Positions 11,404 through 20,000 of a stretch of 20,000 bases of DNA are shown here, piece after piece. A program made the translations under genes and the position numbers. The stretch is from Trypethelium eluteriae (taxonomy: Eukaryota). The notes below the pieces were generated by a model. It did no database searches and was not told where the DNA came from. It was given only the letters and a program-made list of their open reading frames with translations. Position 1 is the stretch's first letter. Each line of letters starts with the position of its first letter. The DNA lies in contig JAVECL010000009.1 of the NCBI GenBank assembly GCA_051942245.1, positions 107,993-127,992 on the forward strand, in the 5' to 3' direction.

Positions 11404-12284
11404 CTCAAGATCGATACCTCATACTCTGTCTATTTAAGGAGCCTGAGAATCCAAGGTAAAAGAAACGCTAGAGCCATCTTTCCATTCGATATCAGTACCC
11501 AGTATTTTCTTAACCTATTGATCCCACGAACACAAAGCCATTACCCAATTAAAGCAGTTGACCAGAGAGATTCCCCTAGCACAGCGAACATATCTTTTAA
11601 CGCAGACAAGTTCCGCATATTCCTAGGTGAAACTAGTGAATATCTGGCCGAAATCTCCCCTGGCATTACAGTCTGAGCTGAAAACAGATATGAAGAAACT
11701 TGAGCAGCGTCTAAATGTGATGATATCAGATTCGCGAGGTGGTCCAGTGGGTGTTTTCGACAAGGCGTTTAATCGAATCGTCGAGATTCTCCCTCAGGTC
11801 TGCTCCAAATATACAAACTCCAACAAATGTACCACTAAAGGGAAAGAAAAGATGTTAGACATCATGAAGGACTGGAAAAAGCATGAGCAAGCAATCCAGC
11901 AGCAGAGGGCGAAACAGAACGTGAGTGAAGCTCTGCTAGGGTGAAAGGTGGCCTACGTTAACATATTTCAATCAGCATAGCAAACCAAATGCGGGTGAGA
12001 GCAGAAAGGGTGAAAGTACTCAGAAGGCTAGTGGAGCATCGGAGCCGATGGATGGAAAAATTGTTCCACAGGCAGTACAACCATCAGCTAGTGGTGGCAC
12101 CAATAGTGCAGCAGGAACTCCAGATCAGAAGCAAGGGCGAAAGAGCGGAGGCGCTGTAGGTGAACCGCAGGGCTGCTGCTCCTCAAATCAGGCCGAAAGT
12201 GCTGACAGCTTTATAGGCGACAACGTCTTTGAAGACTCATTCCAATTCGAGTGGAAAATGATATCCTTCAGAGGAATCCGGTAA
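11404..12284 (+). CDS. Hypothetical orphan protein or pseudogene (helical region plus G/S/Q-rich tail); 5' structure uncertain
   Basis: ORF 11627-11920 joins in frame to 11976-12284 through intron 11921-11975 (GTGAGT...GTTAAC...CAG). Upstream are an acceptor at 11403 (GCTAAC branch) and a candidate intron 11456-11537. There is an in-frame TAG at 11624-11626. A possible further intron 12281-12343 would move the stop to 12401. Confidence 0.5.
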
Positions 12285-14586
12285 GAAGAGTGACTGAGAT
12301 CTTGGAACTACATTGGCAACGCTTGTGTTGAATTGTGGCGTAGCATGACTCTTGCGACACCCTTACGAGATCGTCAACTATTCGAAGGAAGAGAACGATG
12401 ATTGAGAACTGCCTCACAATTAATATACAATGTGCTAGGTTGCCGAGCGAGACTTGCAGCCTTTGCGTTACTTACTGTGCTTGGACGGACCTTCGAACCT
12501 AGGCTATCTGTGAACTTTCTCCAAGTTCAGGAGCGGCGGCTATGGCAGGGAAGTGGAATACATCTGTCTCTAACTTTTCATTTCATACTTTTCTTTCGAC
12601 TGTCACTACCGACAATGTGTTCGTGCTATCCAGTCTCTATTCCTGTGAGCCTAGTCAAATGCTGTAGATGATGAGTGTTAATGCTTGTATCTATAACCTG
12701 ATATCTGATGTCCATAATCATCACCTGGGGCACTACTCCATTGGATGCTCAGCCCAGTACTCTACACTTGGGGTCTTGTCTTAGTATGCTGCGAAGCATG
12801 GAGTCTTTGACCGTCCCGCCTTTTCTTTTACCGCACTTCCGCGTCTTCATGATCCCGCATGCCACATTAATGTTGTTGGATCTTGGATATATTGAAAGCT
12901 ATCTAGAAGTGGTATGAATCGCAAATCTGTACTTCCGGAGCCGGATACTTCCAACCGCACTCATCGCTTCTCTACCAGGGAATGAAATCAGAAATGTCGG
13001 TGCTGTGAAAGGTAGGCGAAATTTTGACCTCAGCAGGTTTTGGAGGTTCCTCCGGAAAAACTGTTCAAAGTATTGATAAAGAACTGGACGGGAGGTCGCA
13101 TTAGGATCAGTAGAGCATCTCGCTTTTGTCCTTGTTAAGCTTCATGCGCCCCGAGATAGCTCATAAAGGGCTTGAGAGCCATAGGCTGTCACATTGTGTC
13201 TCAGTAGAACTCGCCGACATTCTCTGACCGTACCCCTTTTTACCCGGTCTGGATGTATAGACTATCCATGGGACTACTTACTAATCATGGAAACAAAAAT
13301 AAGCTATCTGGGCCAGGAAGGACAACGAGAACACAATGAAAGGCCGAAAGCGAACAGATAATGGAAGAGGGTGTAGAGTACAACGCTGGAGCTTATTCAC
13401 AACGGATTGCAATTGCTCTGGGACCGTTGGTATGCATTCATTGGACTGTTACTATTCCAACTGGTGCAATTCCCCCAGAGTCCCTCTCATAACTTTTAGA
13501 AGTGGAGCGCCTAACCGACTTCACACTTATCGGCCAAAGCGTTGCTCGGATTACGTAACTGCTGTAAACAAGGACGCTATAAAAAGCTTGATGCTGCAAT
13601 GAAAGAAGATAGTGCAAGATTAAAAACATGATTTACTCATTGCCAGTGAACAACAGCCAGGATGGAAGCATGTCTGAGACAGCCAGTGAAACAGTCGAAA
13701 GGGGTTAGGGCTGACAGCATATGTGACCGGTTGATTTCCGCGGTTTCCTGGTTCTTCGTGATTGATGCGTGGAAAAGTTCCAAAGCAGACTCGCGATGGA
13801 GTCCGTTCGGAAGGTTTCCTAAAGTCCTTATTTCGGGTTTGCGCTTTGATTTGGGGGATCGCACCATGATCGCCTCTTGGGCCGGTGATCATCCAATGCA
13901 TCCTGCCATCGTATATGCATGGAACGATCAGCTGGAAAACCCCAATGACTTTCCTCGTGTGGTGGTAACTCCGAGATGCTGTGCAGCAGGCGGGACGGAC
14001 CGCGGCATGAATAGGTACGTTGGATGGGGAAGGTTGTAGTTCAGAGCAACCTTCTGAAAGTGTCGGTCCAGCGTCTTCAGAAGAACTTCGCCGATGCAGC
14101 CACAAGACTGCAAGCTTCCATTGCAATCACCCTGAAATTGATTCAGATACGGTTCAAGGCAGATGTTTGGTTTCATGGGCGAGATGAAACAAGCGTCATG
14201 CCCTCCCTGCATTGGCAGATTGGCTGCATGGGCCTACCCCTGAGCTAGCTTCAACACAAAAGCCCATGAACGAGTCCACACAACATCGGGCTTGCTTTTG
14301 GAGAGCAACCATCGAAAGGGCTGCTTCTTTCAAGACTTTGTGAAGTTTCGAGGTTGGCAAAGTGGGGTGATCTGTGCGTCCCGTCGAAAAAAGAAGGGTC
14401 TCACGCTTCTGTCTTAGACGTGCGCGCACCTTGCAGCAGCCGTGTAACGCTACCACAGTACCGCTATTTCCCGTGCAGAGTGCTTACCGTCAAGACTAAA
14501 GGAAATCCGAAGAAATAATCAAGGCAATCTTTCCCTGCCATCTCTTCCCTCAGAGACCGGAGTGATCTCCGGCAGCCGGCGGCGCA

Positions 14587-15381
<795 letters not shown>

Positions 15382-15952
15382 CACCATCCACTCAACCAGC
15401 CCACTCGCATCATTTTTCATCCTTCAATTTACAAGCCACGACTCTCGACATTTGAACCTTTTCTAATACCCATTCCTCTTCTAACGCGCATTCGACAATG
15501 ACGGTACGAGTTCAACTACGTTGTTTAAATACCCCAACAATACCCTTGTAATATTAGTTCGACTACTAGGAGCTTTCGCTTCGACCAAGTTTCATTTCCC
15601 AATCCCTTTTCACAGTGGGGACTTGGCAACCTCTTTCTCAACCTTGACCGCTGGGCGGTGTGAAAGATGGGTAAGGTAGTTTTCTCTGCTTTCTCCCTTT
15701 TCGTCATGCTTTTGGAAGATAGTCGAGGGACACCACCGTCTACTTAGGACTGGGTTTTGCATTTTCGGGTGTGGAAAGCATAGAGCAGTGAAATGGAAGA
15801 TTCTCCAATACCGACTTCTCCAGGCTCAATCGTTCTAGAATTAACCAATTCAAACGAATCTGATCCTATAATCCAGATGGCCACGATCCCATACATCCAT
15901 GTCCATGTCCCACAGCGTCATCCAAACAGTCACACTCTCCTTACAATAACCT

Positions 15953-17500
15953 TTATTTTAAACCTTCTGTAAGTACGTATCTCCTCTCTACGTCCATCTC
16001 TTTCTCAATTTCGTCCTCTCCCTCAAACCTCAGCCTTACGGTCCCTCCGCTATCCCCACCACCTACCTTCCACTCCCGACTCACCTCCGCTTTGTAAAAA
16101 GTCGTTGTATTAGGATACAGCGCCAGCACCTGCTTTCCCTTCTCCAACGGGCTGGCCCCCTTCGCCGATGACGTTCCCGCTTCCTCCTCGACCCCCGGGG
16201 GTGGTGGGATGGGAATGAGGTACTGCACACTCGCTTTCGTCGGTGGCGGGATCTGGCCCGTCGTCGGATCTGGTTCAGGATCGGTATCCTGGATTTCGTA
16301 GCGCCGCTGCTTGCCCTCCCCATTGATAGAGGTGATGGTGCAGAGGATGCCGGAGCCCTCTGCGTTGCGTGCCTTGTTGCGGAAGAAGACCTCGGCACCA
16401 ACGTGCAGTTTCTGTGGTCGATTTGCGCTGGGGGTGATCAGCGGGTTGGCGGGACCGGGAGTGGTGGTCGACGTTGAGGAAACAGGTTCCTTGACCGCGC
16501 TACCGTCCAGGGAGGAAGAATCGCCAACATCTTCTAACTTGACGGAAACGCTGCCGTCTCGAGTGGAGGATGGCACAGAGCCGGAGCGTTTGTCTTTGTG
16601 AGTAGACGCAAGCTTGGAAACACCTGTGGCGACTTTGGGGGAGATACCAACATTGGCGGGAGCCGGAGATTTGCCTTCATTGTCATCGGCAATGGCGCTT
16701 CCGCTACTGGGAGCATTGCTAGTTGAGTTCGCCGCCGTACTGGCATCGAATTTGCGTTTTCGATCACGAGCGGGCTTGGCAGTCGAGCTTGACCGTGACA
16801 TAGGGGCTGATGCATTGGCACCGTGGTGCGGGTCAGATTCAGAAGCTGCACGGAGCGCAGCAAGGACACCAAGCGCAGCGATGATAGAGGGCGATTCGTT
16901 TTTCGTTTCCAGGATGTGCAGGGCCTCTTCAGTATGTTTGAGAGTGGTACGATAGAGAGACTCGAGTTCTGTATCGAGGGCGGCAGAGGGTATGTCATTC
17001 CGTGCTTGAGAGACGATCAGCATGAATACGTTAGATTTGCAGGCGGAGGTCCTCGGACTGTCATGTATGGCTAACGGGATGAGAGAGGATCAAAACTGTA
17101 CCATGCCAGGGGAAGAGAGGAGACGATGGAGAATAACAGTGCGACTTGTCCAACTGGTATGTTGTAATACAGCGGAATGATAAAGAAAGACTTCGAGATA
17201 ACTCAGGACAGCCATTTGAGCAGAAGGCCAGCAAAGAGAGTTTATGCAATACGTATTGTGACGCGTACCCAAAGCAGTTGCTTGTTGGTCCTCCACATCC
17301 ATGATTTTCTGAGAGGCGGTATTCATTTTCGCCTAATTAGTGTTAGCTACTCAAACTGATGTGGCCGGATGAATCGTCTCATATACTACAAGTGCGTCGA
17401 CTTTTTTCCCGTCAGCAAGCATTCCTTTCCATAAGTCACGTTCCTCATTTGCATCATCTTTCACCAGCGCCCGGCCTGTTCTCGGGCGCGCTGTGGCCAT
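15953..17500 (-). CDS. SGF29: SAGA-associated factor 29 (coiled-coil N-terminus, C-terminal tandem Tudor H3K4me reader), ~409 aa
   Basis: Exons 17500-17387, 17332-17269, 17004-15953 (1230 nt). Introns of 54 nt (GTATAT...GCTAAC...TAG) and 264 nt (GTACGC...GCTGAT...AAG). Tudor motifs GILCTITSI...RRYEIQDTDPEP and VLALYPNTTTFYKAEV...LRFEGED...VERRYVL. Confidence 0.92.
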
Positions 17501-17908
17501 GCCCTATTACCGCGGTTGCAAATGCTAACAGGAATGGCTTGTGAGAGGCCTCTTTTCCCGGAAAGAAAATCAAACAAGTACGGAAGATAGATCTACAAGA
17601 ACCGTGACGGAGGGGTAGCAAGGTCGGAATGCTTGGGTGAATATCTCAGGCGGTAGCGATGCTCCCAGAATTGTCATGTTTAAATGGAGATGGACGTGAT
17701 TTGACAAGGGAGGCCCTGCCCTGCCCTGCCCTGCCCTGCCGCGGCTGGTGTGGGGTTGGGGTTCCCCACGTCGCCAGTCTCTCTTGGATGCACGCACCGG
17801 TACGGATGGCAAACCAACGAGGCACCGAGGGGCGCGGCGACTGACAGCACAAATACCTGAATTCCAGTATATCACGATTCCCTACGACCAGGCCTCCGTG
17901 TTTGGAAA
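17501..17908. promoter_or_regulatory. Divergent promoter region SGF29 / PMI
   Basis: 408 bp between head-to-head ATGs, with a GC-rich core containing the (GCCCT)n repeat. Confidence 0.7.
17713..17740. repeat. Pentanucleotide microsatellite (GCCCT)5 plus GCC
   Basis: Sequence gccctgccctgccctgccctgccctgcc read directly, in the SGF29/PMI intergenic region. Confidence 0.95.
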
Positions 17909-19548
17909 ATGCAGATTCCTTTGATACGGCTGCAATGCGGTTCGTCCGCGTGAGATTCATTCACTTTTACTACTTCACTGACCTCCTATAGGCTGCAACA
18001 GCTACGACTGGGGTAAACGTTCCGACGAATGAACAGAAAAGCAAATGCGCTAACACTGAAAACTGCACAGGCAAGGTGGGCAAAGACTCCGCTGCAGCCA
18101 AGTTTGCAGCAGCGACGCCTCAGAATGACTTCTCCATACAAGCAGACAAGCCCTATGCAGAAGTACTCCCTTCCTTCGACTCCTCCCCTTCACGGACTTT
18201 GTCTAATTTCCACTTTAGCTATGGATGGGAACGCATCCTTCCCTCCCTTCAAAGGATGTCCAAACACAGCGGACTCTTCTCGACCTCGTAGAAGATAATC
18301 AAGCTCTACTATCGGCCGAAGTAGCTCAGAGATATAGCAATAAACTCCCCTTTCTCTTCAAAGTGCTTTCCATCCGGAAAGCTCTCTCCATCCAGGCTCA
18401 TCCCAACAAAAAGTTGGCGGAGCAATTGCACTCCAAAGATGCCAAAAACTATCCAGATGACAATCATAAGCCGGAGATGACCATTGCCATCACTCCTTTC
18501 ACAGGCCTATGCGGTTTCCGTCCGTTAGCCGAGATATCTCATTTCCTGTCAAGCATTCCTCCATTACGGTCGCTGGTAGGTGAAGAGAATGCCAAGAACT
18601 TTGAAGACACAGTTCGAGGCTTGGATGAAACAGCAAATAAGAAGGCACTCCAACAGGCATTTACTGCCCTTATGGAGACAACCCCGGAAAGGCTAGAGCC
18701 AGCAGCTAAACAGCTCGTCGAGAGCGCCAAGAAGGAAGGCGAGAATTTCGCAGCTGGTGGTGTTGAAGCGACGAACGGCAAGGAGCTGAGCAGGTTAATG
18801 CAAACATTGGATAGCCAATTCCCAGGAGATATTGGCTTGTTTGTGTGCTTTTTCCTGAACTACGTAAAACTTGAAGTTGGTGAAGCGATGTTCTTGAAGG
18901 CTGATGATATTCATGCCTATCTTACAGGGGGTATGCTATTGTCCCTTTTCCTCTCCTACCCGTCTCTTTTGCCCGTCAATGGAAGGAATGAAAGGCAAAA
19001 GAAGAGGGAGCAAAAAAAAAAAAAAGGCAACTTAGTCTGCTAATTCCCGCCCAGATATCATCGAGTGCATGGCCTCCTCCGACAATGTTGTCCGCGCTGG
19101 CTTCACCCCAAAATTCAAAGATGTCGCCACCCTTACCTCCATGCTCACCTACTCGTACGCTCCCATCAGTTCCCAGAAAATGGCCCCGGTCGACTATCCT
19201 TATGTGACCCTGAACGCCCATGCCTACTCCTCTGCCTCCAGTTCCATTCTGTATGATCCACCGATTGAAGAGTTCAGCGTTGTGAGGACGGAGCTGCTGA
19301 ACAAGGCCGAAGAGAAGGTAGCGAAAGCGACCTTTGAAGCGATTGCCGGACCAAGTGTAATCATTTGTACCGAGGGGCAGGGAACGATCGAAGTTGGCCC
19401 CAAAAAAGAAGATATTAAGACGGGATGGGTGTATTTCGTAGGTGCAACAGCCGAGTGTATTGTTGAAGCAAAGGGGACGGGGCCGTTTGTTACTTTCAAG
19501 GCCTTTTGCGAGTTGGAGGGGAAGGAGGGAACCAGGGAGAAAATGTGA
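17909..19548 (+). CDS. PMI40: Mannose-6-phosphate isomerase, type I, ~449 aa
   Basis: Exons 17909-17939, 17992-18012, 18071-18162, 18219-18930, 19055-19548 (1350 nt). Motifs [51 protein letters not shown] and [17 protein letters not shown]. Confidence 0.97.
19012..19025. repeat. A14 homopolymer in PMI intron 4
   Basis: Read directly; just upstream of the GCTAAT branch site. Confidence 0.9.
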
Positions 19549-20000
19549 GGATGGTTTACAGATGAGGTTGGGGATGGATTGGTAGAACAAGCAGAAAGCC
19601 GAGTGAAGCTGATTCCTGGTATGATCACGAGAAGCCGACTGGCCATGACTCTTGACGCTATCAAGATCGAGCTAAAGGAGAAAACACGGGAACTTGTAAA
19701 GCAAGCCATTCTTCCTCCAAATATGAGGGCTGGCAAGATATTTTTAGGCAGGCCCACTCATCAGAGCTCGACTCAAGTTACGTCGTTGACGCGAATGTGA
19801 AATACTAGAGAAGCTAGCGAAAGGGTGTTTTCTCTGTCGCCAGGTTTAGGCGTGGAACAGTAAGAATTCTGGACCGTACCTCCATGCTAAACGCCGCGCT
19901 ATGCACCCAAAACGACACACTGTCTCCTCCCTCCATCGTGTTGTCGCAGCAGCTCATTACCGCAAATCACTTCCTCCTGTCACACTCTCTCTTCCATCTC

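Noticed and set aside
12490..12503. GGTTCGAA on the minus strand resembling a tRNA T-loop / B box
   Set aside because: No T-stem or cloverleaf pairing around it.
12668..12708. ATGATGA followed by CTGA boxes (C/D snoRNA-like)
   Set aside because: The C-to-D span is only about 40 nt. There is no downstream D box at 70-100 nt, no terminal stem and no recognisable rRNA antisense element.
13336..14456. Several overlapping 60-170 aa ORFs on both strands upstream of ARF6
   Set aside because: No recognisable motifs, and the obvious GTATGC...CCCCAG splice leads to stops in both ATG-initiated frames. Treated as intergenic or decayed sequence.
7670..14586. Transposon or viral origin for the orphan interval
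   Set aside because: No transposase, RT or integrase motifs, terminal repeats or target-site duplications were visible by eye. A repeat-library search is needed to exclude a highly decayed element.
16081..17074. Antisense and alternate-frame ORFs over SGF29 (similar ones over MRF1, ARF6 and PMI)
   Set aside because: Shadows of GC-rich coding sequence, with no independent motifs.
17005..17269. Possible stwintron (nested intron) in SGF29 intron 2
   Set aside because: No internal acceptor regenerates a consensus donor, and the simple intron already gives the correct phase.

Overview
Eukaryotic, intron-containing DNA from a filamentous ascomycete (Pezizomycotina-type: mostly 50-90 nt GT-AG introns with CTRAY branch sites). 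I rebuilt exon structures by hand and checked that splice phases give continuous frames. There are two blocks of conserved genes. Left block: partial serine racemase/threonine dehydratase-family gene, mitochondrial release factor MRF1, a YwrD-like gamma-glutamyltranspeptidase, a GT8 glycosyltransferase and a mitochondrial carrier. Right block: ARF6, SGF29 and mannose-6-phosphate isomerase (PMI). Between them is a ~6.9 kb interval (7670-14586) with no family I recognise but with one well-supported and two tentative spliced orphan genes. The best one uses a GC-AG intron and encodes a helical domain plus a Tyr/Gly/Gln-rich low-complexity region. Other leads are an 83-codon open frame behind the PMI stop, reachable through a stop-removing cryptic intron, a G-quadruplex-type repeat in the SGF29/PMI divergent promoter, and recurring SRE-like motifs. 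I found no rRNA, tRNA, CRISPR array or recognisable transposon. A novel system is not demonstrated; the orphan interval and the PMI extension are the candidates to test.
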